Positions 1-12,000 of a DNA stretch of 64,000 nt are shown here, piece by piece. Within the stretch, counting starts at the first letter, position 1, and each line of letters opens with the position of its first letter. Below the pieces are notes generated by a model. That model saw only the letters and a list, made by a program, of their open reading frames with translations, did not search any database and had not been told where the DNA came from. Source of the stretch: Trichoplax adhaerens (lineage: Eukaryota > Animalia > Placozoa); NCBI RefSeq assembly GCF_000150275.1, contig NW_002060949.1:3974449-4038448 (forward strand), read 5' to 3'. The position numbers were made by a program, and so were the translations under genes.

Positions 1-92
1 ACTAGACCAAATTGACGCAAGCGCAATCTCTCTTCAGCAGACGACGATAGCAACGACATAGCTGCTAAACAACCAGTTCTAAAGATTTCAAC

Positions 93-1059
93 ATGGCCGA
101 AATTGATAAACGTTCGGAATCCAGTCTACAAATTGGTGGTTGTGAAGGACCTGAAGCTATGTACGTTAAGTTAATAGCGAATGATGGCCACGAATTTATT
201 ATTAAGCGAGAGTTTGCCTTAACATCGGGAACAATTAAAGCGATGCTTAGCGGCCCAGGTAATAGAACAACAATCGGTTCAATGACATCTTGCTTAGCTT
301 TAGACTTGCACTTTGTACGCTGTCAATCAGGCTATAACCTCTTGATTTATTTTATTTGCTTGTTGTTATTGTTGATTATATTCGTCGTCTCATCCACTTT
401 ACCATTCAATATTGAGAAATGTAGTTGCTCTAATTCTTCCTTGACTTTCGTCGTCATGTTGCCAAGTCATGATGAAAGTTAATTGAATCCGATTTGAATT
501 TGTTTTTAGGCCAATTTAGTGAAAATGAAACAAATGAAATTCGATTTCGTGATATACCGTAAGTGTTGTGCATGTCTTGTCTATGAAAGTGAAATTTAAA
601 TCGTTGTTGACAGCACCCATGTTCAATCATCTTGTCAAAATGATACCATTAATTCGGGATCAGATTGTAGAATTATCATTGGCGTAGTCTTATAAATACA
701 GTTATTGACAACGGATAAGTAAAACTAGTTACCGACTTCCAGTATGTACAGCATGTTGCTATTTTACTCAAGTTTACAACGTTAGAAACTCTCTGTTCAA
801 TTTAAATTCTATCACAGTCAACAAGTAAAAAGGATACATGTTGCAATCTTAGTCGGCAATGCTTTACTATCTCATTTACTTCCTTTCTAATTGTCACTTT
901 CAACTCATTTTCTGTAGATCTCATGTCTTAAGTAAAGTATGCACCTACTTTACTTATAAGGTCAAGTATACCAACAGCGGAAATGAAATTCCGGAATTTG
1001 TTATCCAACCTGAGATAGCACTAGAACTACTCATGGCTGCCAATTTTCTCGATTGTTAG
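93..1059 (+). CDS. ELOC: Elongin C (3 exons: 93-258, 510-558, 918-1059)
   Basis: The spliced frame reads MAEIDK...[41 protein letters not shown]|[16 protein letters not shown]|[46 protein letters not shown]. This closely matches metazoan Elongin C. Both introns are GT-AG with consistent phases (1, 2). Confidence 0.97.
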
Positions 1060-3492
1060 AATCTGTGTCAAATAGAATGTATTTGTAATATGAAATTGAG
1101 TCACTTATCGTGACGGATTCAACTATTCAACTTTTCTACACTGTACTTTTACTTGCACTCATAATTTCCATGTTGTTCTAAGACCATCATATTTAGATTG
1201 TTTGATGTCTTTGCAAAATTTAATATGACTCCGGTTTTTACCAGACTTTTATTAAGTTCACTTTACAAGTATTTATCTTTGTAAGAGAATAGCTATTCTG
1301 CACGTAACAAAATTATCATCTCCTGTTATTATAATGTGATTGATATGAAAGAATTTGCTAGCAAGTTTTTCGAAAGGATTGTTGCAAATCAAATAGGATA
1401 ACTAGTTGACTTACTGCAGTGTAAGCATATGGCTGATATTACTTTATACATTTACTTGCTGTCTTTCCTTTCGATATTAATGTTATGATAGATAATCAAA
1501 TATGTTATTAACGCATTTTGCCTATTTTGAGATGTTACATATACTACGCCATGGAATTAAGTCAATACTTTTAGTACGCGTCATATATTGCTACAGATTG
1601 TGTAGTAGTCATATTCTTGTCGTCATCATGCTATAGCTCTAAATGTGCCAATAGAATACTCTTATCTTGCGATTTTGCTTGCTATTTCAATGATCGCAAT
1701 CATTGCAAATGTCAATCTGTCTTATAGACACGATAGTTTCTTCATCAAATTTTTATGTGATAACCCTAACTAAATTACAAAATAATATTTACGAACTACA
1801 GATAAAGTAAAATGCGATGTAACCATCCTTAATTCTTTGTTAACCGTTTATGAACTACGTACAGTATAACACCGATGATACAACCGGAGTCCTATTTTAT
1901 GTGGGTTACACACTTGCCTGTATCAAATAGAACAAAATCAATAGTTAATGCTACTGTATTTGTATTTGCGATTAGATTGCTCTCGATACTGTATTAGGTG
2001 GTACTGCAGTATATATTTTATCATTTTTAAACTTAGCTGCGGTAACTACAGTATTATAAAATAGGGTTGGTGAAGCAGAACTACCATACACGTATATTTA
2101 GCAAATTGCGTGTGAATTGACTACCCAAGCCACGTAATAGGGTACATTTTTACGATTGATCTAGATATATGATAGAATAGATTTGAAATAAACAGTAAAG
2201 GCTAACTAAGGCTTGTCATGGAGAGCTTGCTTTTGCAATCTGGTATTAAAACAAACTGCAAGCATGGCTACTAATCATCGGCAGAAAACGAATCTATTTT
2301 TAGGAATATTTTCATCGTAACTGAACGATTATAGCATTTAATAAGATTGCTCAGCAGTCTTATTAGTTTGTCTACACGCAAATTGTGTCCATCAGAATAG
2401 TATCTGTGGGCTACTTCGACCTCTTTCATTCCTACATACCATACTCTATTGAAATTGCCTACATCACGAGAAATAGAAAGCCAAAGGTAACTTTGCTAGC
2501 ATACTTTTTTTACCACGGTTCGGTTACCTTAATTATTTAAAAGTTTTAGCTTAATTATTGATTTTAATTCTTTCATTCAATACCAGAGCCAATAGAATCT
2601 ACGGTTATTAAACACTAGCGTTAACTATAGTTACATTTTCATATTTTATTATAGTATATATTGAATATCTCCTACTATCTCATTGATCGGCAAATTGATG
2701 TTACTAAGGTCGTGAATACTAATTTAGCTTAATTTTTATAATTCACTAATAAGAATTTATATTCTGTTGCCATATACGTACGTCACTAATTGATAATAAT
2801 CTCCTTCATAGTATCTCGAATAATAGCTTACTAATATTCATATTCTTGAGAAGGAAATGCTAATAAATTTAAGAAGGGATCAAAGGAAAAGATTGTTATC
2901 ATCATTTTTTTCTCGCCTCACAATTTGATGCAAAAATTTCCTTGCTATTAAATTGCAACATTGTAGTCATTAAAGATGAAAAGTTTTATTTTACCTGTAT
3001 AAACTGATTGATTTCATAAATAGAGAATTTGAAATGTGATAAATAATGCTTAAATCTTAATGTAGCAAATTGAGCTTCATGTGTGATGCAGTGCATAGTA
3101 TGAAAACTTTAAATCGATACTATTCGTATCAGGAGAAAGATTAAGAACATGGGTAAAGTCAACGTAGAAAGTAGGATAGTCAACATAAATCAGCTAAATT
3201 TGAGCCAAAAAATTGATCGGATATATTCGTATATTGTAAAGTAATGATATTTATATCCGTATATATACTTGGCATACAGAACTTACTGCTAAGAAATAGG
3301 TTTATTATATGTAGTCTTAACGGGTAAAAATGGGTCTCAATACTGCTTTGGTTTTGTAAATGCAGTATTTCGGTTCTTTTATAACTATAAAGATGCAGGC
3401 ATAAGAGCTATCAAAAAATTATACAGTTAAATACTTTCGATATACAACTGGTTTTATATCCTGTATATTTAATATAGTACTTTGCCATCATA

Positions 3493-4692
3493 TTAAATAT
3501 CATCAAAGACATCGACTTCTTCGATTTCTAAGTTACATCGTAAATATCTTGGTGGTTGCTCCATGACACCTTTTATACCATTAGAGCTGGAAACTAGATT
3601 AGTTTTGGGATCATTTCCATTAGAACCTTTAAAAGAAACTGCTTTATTTCTTTGTTGCAATGAACGAAGTCTCCAATGATGAGCTGCTTTGAGTAAGTTT
3701 TCATTTCTCCTATTTAATAACGGAGAATTTTTAGCTGGTGTATTGATATTATTGAATGTTTGATCGACTATAGCTGATATTGTTCGTCTATGGGATAGGC
3801 CATTATCCTGATCTTTATAATTAATCTCAATGTCATCTTTTGACTTATCCTGTAATTTGTTCTCCATTTCTGCTGAAGCATGCTGTTCATTTAAAGAATA
3901 TGCTCGACGTTCGTTAGTTAAATGAGCTGAAGATGTTGATGAAGAAGGCGATGATAAAGAAATTGTTTTATTATTTAGATTCTCCAACGGAGAATTTTGG
4001 TCCGATAATGAACGTGGCCGATGCTCATGGATTGAATGAAGAGACGATGTCGACGAAGAAGTTGATGATGAAGACCGCAAAGATGACTGATGATGTAGCG
4101 ATGAAGTAATGCGAGCTAAATGGGGTAATCGAGATGTTTTATCGTATTCTCTAAAGGTATCGAACGACGATGATCGATTTCGTAATTGCTCATCTGCTTT
4201 AAGCTTTGGGTGTCGATGTGAAATAATTGTAGTTTGACGTATCATTGTAGGCGACTCTTCATCGGTAGAGAAGCGATGTTTTACCAATATTGAACTCTCT
4301 GAATCTTGTTTAATAAGAAATCCTTTCTTTCTTCGTTGCTGAACAGGAGAAGACTTCATGGTTTGCAATCGTTGCTGTTGTTTCTGTTGCTGCTGCTGAA
4401 CTTTATTGTCCAAAGTTGGTGCCGTTGATGGTGATGATAAAAGAGACTTTCCATCATTATCAGTAGACTGACGTTGTTTCTCTGTATCTTCATCATTATT
4501 CTTAGCATTAATGCGATTCAATTGCGCAATGAGAGATTTTTGATCAGAAAGTATATCACGTAATTTTTTGGACATTTCTTTGTCGTAATCGCTTAGTCTA
4601 TTCCGTAGCTGAAGATCTTGCTTGTTATTTTTATTACATACAGCAAAGGCATGATTAGAATCAATGGCAGGAATGGATTTTGAATTCATCAC
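3493..4692 (-). CDS. Intronless 399-aa Ser/Gln-rich coiled-coil protein, CCDC190-like
   Basis: Uninterrupted 399-codon ORF in AT-rich DNA. The N-terminal coiled coil (FAVCNKNNKQDLQLRNRLSDYDKEMSKKLRDILSDQKSLIAQLNRI) and the C-terminal RYLR...EEVDVF motif resemble, from memory, the two conserved ends of CCDC190-type proteins. The middle is low-complexity. Confidence 0.6.
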   Translation of the reverse strand: MMNSKSIPAIDSNHAFAVCNKNNKQDLQLRNRLSDYDKEMSKKLRDILSDQKSLIAQLNRINAKNNDEDTEKQRQSTDNDGKSLLSSPSTAPTLDNKVQQQQQKQQQRLQTMKSSPVQQRRKKGFLIKQDSESSILVKHRFSTDEESPTMIRQTTIISHRHPKLKADEQLRNRSSSFDTFREYDKTSRLPHLARITSSLHHQSSLRSSSSTSSSTSSLHSIHEHRPRSLSDQNSPLENLNNKTISLSSPSSSTSSAHLTNERRAYSLNEQHASAEMENKLQDKSKDDIEINYKDQDNGLSHRRTISAIVDQTFNNINTPAKNSPLLNRRNENLLKAAHHWRLRSLQQRNKAVSFKGSNGNDPKTNLVSSSNGIKGVMEQPPRYLRCNLEIEEVDVFDDI

Positions 4693-5637
4693 TTTTTAGG
4701 TATTAATCTTGATTCTCAGAACACATACACTTTTATTTATTTATGAGCTGAAAATGATCTTAGAAGCTTTATCGACCATGGGTTTCTTGCTGTAAGCAAT
4801 TGCTTGTATTATTTTTAAAATTCAATGTTCCAACACTTTTACTAAAGGATAGGAACATAAAAGAAATGATGGTTATTGACTAATTTAGTTGCTTTTATTC
4901 GTTGTTAGCCCTAATTTTACAATCTAAACACATCAAATCAGTTTTGTTTGCTGATGAGAAAAAATTGACTCCACAACTATCCTTTGTATACTCAAATTGT
5001 CAACACAACATATAAGTTAGAACTATGTGAGACAAGTCAGCTAATTAAGAATTGAACAAAGTAACTTCTTGTCTTTCTAAACTAAAGTGAAAATAATGCA
5101 AATTTAGTTTCTTGCACCGTTGATTAATTTGATGGAAAATGAAAATTAATTACACTTTGATACGGCTCTGATACCAATTATAGCCTAGGAGTAGTCGTAT
5201 CTTACTTAATATACATAGCATTGTATGAATGAGCTGTACCCAATAATTTTGATGATTTTAAAGTTAATATACCCGTGATCGATCAAAATACAGAATAGTT
5301 GCATTAAATACTGGAATTAAGGAAAATGTTAAGATTTTTGAAATACGCAATGATTAAATATATCAGGCTTTATATAAAACAAGTTTAGCGACATCAATCA
5401 GTGGAAAAGTCCAGTTTACCAGGTATTGAATATATCTATGAAGTGGCGATGATTTCTAAAGTAACAGTGTATATACTCTTTCTTAACTGTAATGAAATGT
5501 TGGCATGGCTATACCCACAGTTTTTTATTGCATATTTCACTCTTTGCAAAATTTAATCAAATTTTAATTTCAAATTTAATAAAAACAACTCATAAAGTAT
5601 AATAATTACTAGTCTAATTGAATTCATTTTTTTCCAG

Positions 5638-6300
5638 AACTAATAGACGGAATAGATATCTTATGATCCATCTTAAAAGAGAAAGCGCAAAACACTTGTA
5701 ATGAAATGAACCTCAATTTTTCGTTAAGATGGAGGTATGTGATCATGTGCAATCTTGATCTATACTAAAAAATCGAATATAAATGGAGTCATTATAAGAT
5801 TATTATTCCCGTAATGGCATAAAATCCCTTCGTAAAAAGCGGATGGTACTATTATCAAGAATTTCTATTATTAATCTTGAATAATCTGCGGATACAATTA
5901 TTCTGGAATATATCTGTATAAATAACATATCTACAACAATTTTTGATATATTACATCTAAATTAGCCAATGATAAGAATAACAAATTAAATATTACTGAT
6001 TATGAAAGAAAAGACTGATTAATATCGACAGGAGATCCTAGTAGAGCTTAGAAGAATGGAAACCATTGCAAGAATTTAATGACAGTTATTCACAAAATAG
6101 CTCCAAAAGAAGTTCTAACTACTGTTTTTAGCTTATCCATAATTTAAATTGATCTTTCAAGATAAAACCGTTTACAAAAGCTATCCGTACCGTAGTTATA
6201 GTGCTATAAGTATGCAAAGTGAGTTTATCAAATATGAACAAGAGGTTCAAATCTGAATTAGAGTCGGAAAATTAAAATAAACGCATAAATTTTATTTCTA
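5638..6300 (+). pseudogene. Possible decayed pseudo-exons of a DUF4062/NWD-type gene
   Basis: Segment 5638-5734 has a polypyrimidine-AG acceptor and a GTATGT donor, and encodes LKEKAQNTCNEMNLNFSLRW with an internal stop. Downstream frameshifted fragments read EEWKPLQEF and MTVIHKIAPKEVLTTVFSLSII*IDL. The resemblance is weak. Confidence 0.2.
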
Positions 6301-9069
6301 CAACATGATGAGTAGATACTAAACGATAAAAGAGATAGCTAAACTTTTAACAGCGAAACTGTTATTAAGCTTTTTTAACTTTATTACTGTTCTATGAGTG
6401 AATGGAATATGCTTCAATTATTATCAAAGTGCAAGGGGCTTCTTTCGACATAAATGAAAATACGGCGAGAAGCGTCTTTCTGCTTTTATCTATTCAGTAG
6501 CAATTAGAATGTTTTATATTTTGACGGTAGTTTTCAGTCGAGTTAGAACCTTATCGTGCTATAGCTTCAATGACTTAAACTTAAAGTAACTCAGTAGAAA
6601 TCTTCTATTTTAAAGCTAATGGTAATGGTAGAAAAAAAAAGAAATCTAACTTTTCATCTCGTATCGTCAAGTCCGTTTCCTCTTCCTAATTATACGGAGA
6701 CTTTATAAAATGCAATTCGGTTAAAAGCTTTCAAAGAAAGAACAGAAAGAAATTATAATTTTCATATTGCATCGTTATGCTTCTTTTTTCCAATCAATTA
6801 GACGGAATATGTTTTATCGCGTATAATATGCTTAGAATTGTATTCCGATCATACTTGTAGAAAAACGATATAAAATAGAACTTTGGGTCCTTTACTCTTC
6901 TTTTTTTCTCTACTTCACTGAATTAAGATTGGGATATTTTAAAGTTATGCATTGTTAATATAGATTGACTTAAAGTCTTTCCTTGCAAATAAATAGCAAA
7001 ATTTATTGGTTGTACCCATGGACGATTTGATCAGTTTAACTTATTTCTTACTATTAGTCCCTTTCGAAAAGTCAACACTATCAATTCCTGTAGCTTAGCT
7101 GATACAGAAAATTACGATAAATGTTTTTACCTGTTACATCTCTCAAATAGATTTGTTACAAAAAAAGATACTTGGGGAGAGAAACTCCACCATAACCGGC
7201 AATGAATGTTATAGAAGAAACAGTACGATATAAAACAAAAGTTATAAAGATTCAGTCAATGCAATATCACTAAATATTTTTTCGTTTACATTATCAATAC
7301 AGGATCTTTATAAACAACGTAAAAAGAATAAAGCTGATGAAGAGAAAAATTAGCTATAGCAATAAGTATAATACTACACTGAAGCTAGTTAAGGCAAAAT
7401 AAGCTATTGGTAAAATTGTCTAAAACGACGCTGCCTAAAGCGACTCAAAATGGTATACGGAAGAAATACTTTAGAATTTGCGATTTGAAATTGTTGACAA
7501 ACTTCAACATTGACAAATTGTAATCTGTAACTCAGAAAGACGAATAACAATTTTTATTTACCTTACCATTTGAATAGTAAATCGACAGCATGGATTCGTT
7601 GATAAAAGAGATAAAGTAGTCGATATTAGGAATAAATAATATAGTTAATGTAATATAGCTTAGATATGCTAGTCCATAAGTCTATCAATCAAACTCGTGA
7701 CATAGAAGCTGCATGGGGTCAAGATTGAATTCAGTGATGATGCAGGTGTTGGCATAAAAATTAGAGTCAATAAGACTATTGATCTATTATAAATACATAG
7801 TGCAAGAGCCCTACTAGGGAAAGTATATACTCTAATCAAAGAAAGAGGAAATCAAAAGAAATTTTTTGCATTTTACTATTACACCTTGTCTGTATAGTAC
7901 AATCAACAAGAAATATATGTACTGTCATAACAAACTACGGGATAGTTTTATAGTTTTGTTATTGGAAATGAATCATTTCAATGCTAATTGACAATGGAAT
8001 CACTGACGTAGAAAACATATTCAACTTTTCCTCACTTAAAAATGGATTTTGTAGATAGAAGAACCCAAATCACTGATGCAAAGAAGATAACTTGAAATCA
8101 AGTTACATGTTGCATTAGCTCAAAGTCGGCGAAGAAAGAATTATGATTTGAAGAAAGAAGAATAATCATTATAATAGATCAGAATCAATCCGTCGAATCA
8201 AGATGGTGCCAGTTAATCCTATCTCCTATGGAAGAATGAAAATTACCATAGAGAATAGGATAACATTATATCCAAATACAACATTAAATTAGTTGAAAGT
8301 GAACGAAAAAGGATTGACAATGAAGTGAAGGAGAAGTAACCTATATGATCAAGATAGTACAGATTCGTCTCATTTCTTATTAAAGAGCAATTAATATAAC
8401 TATGGTTATCCTTATCAAAAGAGGCTACTTTAGATAGAATTTTATAATCCTAGCTTGGGCAAAGAAGTCCATAGGTATTATGAATCCATGATAATACCAC
8501 AATCTTAGCTTAAAATAAACTTGGAGCTCCTTTAAGAGTCTACGGTAGAAAGTTAAGATCGAAATCGTGATAAAAAACGAAAAACGATGTTAAATGAAGA
8601 CTTTTCAATCTAATTTAGAGAGTAGAAACGTTTCAGTTAGATTATTCTGAATGCTAATTGAACTTTTATCCTTTACCGGAGCACTTAGTGGAAAACAAAT
8701 ACAATGGAAGTATTATTTAGAAAGTTTACTTATCCCTTTAGAATTTGTTTTTACAAGGCAATTTTGAAAGCCTCAGGTATTAATTATATTATGTTGTTAT
8801 TGAAACCTTAAATTTAACTTTACGAATACGCCCAAATGTATCTTTACTTAGTCCAGTTCAGCTCTCGGAAAATAAGTAAACAAAAATTTATGTATTTCCA
8901 GTTAGAAAAATACCGGTGTTTATTCGTGCTACAATCAGCTTCAATATAGACATTAATAGAGTTTCTTTTTTATCAGTGTCCTTTCGCTGTCGTAAGACCA
9001 TACAACTATTAAAATCTTTTACTTAAACTAGACTAGATTACATTTCTATTCGCAATTTACAGTTAATAA

Positions 9070-10138
9070 TTATCCAGTTAGAATGTTGTCACTTATTCTA
9101 TCTACACATTAGTACAGCTAATATTTATCAAGTTAGATATAGGAAGATGCTGATGTAAATACCAACGTTATCACTTATTCTCTCCACATTTTATTACTGT
9201 TAATCTTCCATACCCTGATCAAGTTAGACAGAAAGTAAATGCTGAAGGCATCTTCCTAATTTAGCTTTCTAAACTACAAAAACAACACCAATAATTAACT
9301 AACCTAAATTTATTAAGTTTAATTTAGAATTTAAATTTGAGATATCTATGACACCTTCAAAATTCTAAGAAAAATGCTCTTCGGAACTATCTATATCATC
9401 TGCAGAAGCTTTTTCTCCTACAAATGAAAGGATTGACTCTTAATAAATCTATTTTGATATTACTTGACTCAGTTTATAGACTTTCTCAATGATAAACTAA
9501 GCATAAAGCCCTAATTTAAATTGACTCACCCACCTCTTGATGACGGGAAGCCCTCTTACCGCTATGCTATGAAACACTTTAAAAATCTGATTCATTACAG
9601 TCTCCTTATATTGTATAGATACAGTAGAGATTTTAATAATAACACGTTTTTCTTAACATATCCATAGAATATTGAGATCTCGTTATTCACAGATTAAATA
9701 ATTGAATATCTGTATCATGCATGCTTTAATTTCCAAATAGCTCAAAGAACAAAAGCCCTAAATTACATTGACCGGCTACAGAAGTAAAGGTCTTTTCCCT
9801 TCATCTCTTTGTTGCGAAATGGATTTAAAAAAATCAAATTAGACTATTCCATCTCTGGCGGCACTATCAACATTCCAATAATTCCTTTTATCAAACATGT
9901 CTGTATCATCCAAAAGGATACCGCTCATTACCAGTAGTAAGCATAATTCACTACTAGTAGTAATAACGTTTTTTATCCCCTGGATTAGACTTTTTCAATT
10001 GCAAAAGAGCGGAAGCACTTATCCAATTTTATCTACCATAGAGAGGAGAGGCGAGCAAGGCCCTTCTCACCTTTGGATTACTACAAATTCGTATCGAATT
10101 GTATCAGACTTAAAAAAGTTAGCGGTAATCTTTTTTTC
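9070..10138 (-). pseudogene. Possible decayed repeat-protein relic (Sel1-like and LRR-like fragments)
   Basis: Minus-strand fragments GQCNLGLLFF (about 9745-9775), SQFKLGLYA (about 9500-9528) and KAKLGRCLQ (about 9243-9270). Two diverged RISDN-containing units occur at about 9070-9230. A spliceable mini-exon at 10071-10138 reads EKKITANFFKSDTIRYEFVVIQ. Many stops and frameshifts. Confidence 0.2.
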
Positions 10139-11555
10139 CTAGCGACACGACGATGAAAAGGGTAAAACTTTGTTGATACGTGTCTTCAATGTAAAATCGA
10201 AGAAAAAGGCAGCTCTCCCTTATAGTGTATTTTTATACTGAAAAATACTTGCTACGGGCAAATAATACTGTACTATTAAATTCCAAATGCATGGAAGTAA
10301 CCTTTCGGTCACAATAATTTCTATATAGTTCTCTCATTATCCTAATTGAATCTCTATGGTAGAATAACAGATAGAATCATAAAATTTGGTAAATTTTTAG
10401 TACAGTGGGGCTGGGGTAAGAGGGTTCTCTCTTAAAGTATACTACAGTAGTTATCAATCAAGTTTTTTAATATCGATTTCTTTCAACATTTTACATACGT
10501 CCATGAATAATATTACTTGCACGTATAGGATGATTTAACTCGAAACGTCTATAAAAATATGGGCGTCATGGTCTAAATCTGGCAATGATAACAAAATTCT
10601 AGTCTGTGCTGTATCATAATTATAGGGTGGTGCCATATCATGCTGTAATTGACAGCCAATTGATATTTTAGATTTAATCTCCAGCTGCTACACCAATTTA
10701 GACTGTTCTATTATTTACTGGGGAAGATCCAATCATTTGCTAAGAATTTTGATAGCGTTATATTTCAATATCAAAGCCTGTCCCAAGTGATTTTAGGATG
10801 TAAAGTGTGCTCTGAGTTTAAACAATTCTGAATCATTACAACAGTGGAAAAACTATTTTGACAACATGATTTCTCGAAGCAGGAAAAAGAGATCTACTGA
10901 TTAATATTATACACTTATACAGTCATATTAATATTTTAAATCAATGGAAACTACGCATTATTATTTATTAGTAACTAGTATGGTCATATTAGTTTTAATA
11001 AGGCTTGCATTTAATTCTGTCATAATACAAAGTATCGTTCTATTAAATAAGTTAATTTATAAGATCAGAACCTGCAAAGCTAAAATTGTAGTTTGGGTTT
11101 ATCAATACGAGTATATATCAAAAGCAAAAGAAATGGGAAAGGGGAGTTAGCCTATGTAGGATAAAGTAACAGAAATGCAGGTGCTTTTAACGTATGCAAA
11201 TAAATGGCTTTGAAGTGTGTGGTAAATCAGTCTAGCATATCAATTAGTTACTGTATTATTTACATATGCGGTACAAATATGAGGTTTAATGATTAATAGA
11301 ATATCTTACCTATTCTTATACCATGGGTATTGTTCAATTTTAATTCTCCCACTTGCGATATTGATTTGAACTTTCTTTCTCTCCAATAATGCAATTTAAT
11401 GATCTTGATAGGGCCTATTCAAAAACATAAAGCTGAGTCTTTAGAAAAAGAACAAGCATGAATTGAACTTATTCATAGGCGATAAGGTTTCGTTATAGAG
11501 AGCCTACAGTACAAAATACTGTCAGCAAAATTCAATCTATACCATCAACAATAAC

Positions 11556-11815
11556 ATTTGTTGACTTAATTGCCTTCCTAACTTTAACCAAGCTTAACTT
11601 TTCAAACGTTAAAAATGATAAAATAATTTAGAAAAAAATCGGCTAAACAGCATAACATGGCATTAGCTATCAAACACAATATCCGGCCGTTTGTTGATTC
11701 AATTGCATTCCTTACTTTAATTCTTCAAACATTAAAATACATAAAATAACTTTGAAAAAAAATCCGCTTAACAACACAATATAGCATTAGCCACAGTATC
11801 CAATACAATATCTGA
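11556..11815. repeat. Diverged tandem duplication, two copies of about 130 bp
   Basis: tttgttgacttaattgccttccta...aaaataatttagaaaaaaatcggctaaacagcataacatggcattagc is repeated as tttgttgattcaattgcattcctta...aaaataactttgaaaaaaaatccgcttaacaacacaatatagcattagc. Confidence 0.8.
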
Positions 11816-12000
11816 GCATGATATTTTCCAATATGGATATAAGCATTAGCCCATAACATTAGATGCCATTTTGCAATAACGACTATTTAATTTTTTAAGA
11901 TCACTTAATCGTTCCTTTAAATTACAGACAAGAACTTCGGACCGTAAAATACCATAAAAGTCTTGGGCAGGAACTTTCTAATAATGAACTCATAGAATTA

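Noticed and set aside
259-482. Hydrophobic C-terminal half of the 129-aa ORF 93..482, suggesting a membrane-anchored Elongin C
   Set aside because: It is read-through of intron 1. Splicing at 258/510 restores canonical Elongin C.
10797-10904. Short frame ending SRSRKKRSTD* with a furin-like site, as a possible peptide precursor
   Set aside because: No signal peptide or linkable upstream exon was found, and only three residues follow the site.
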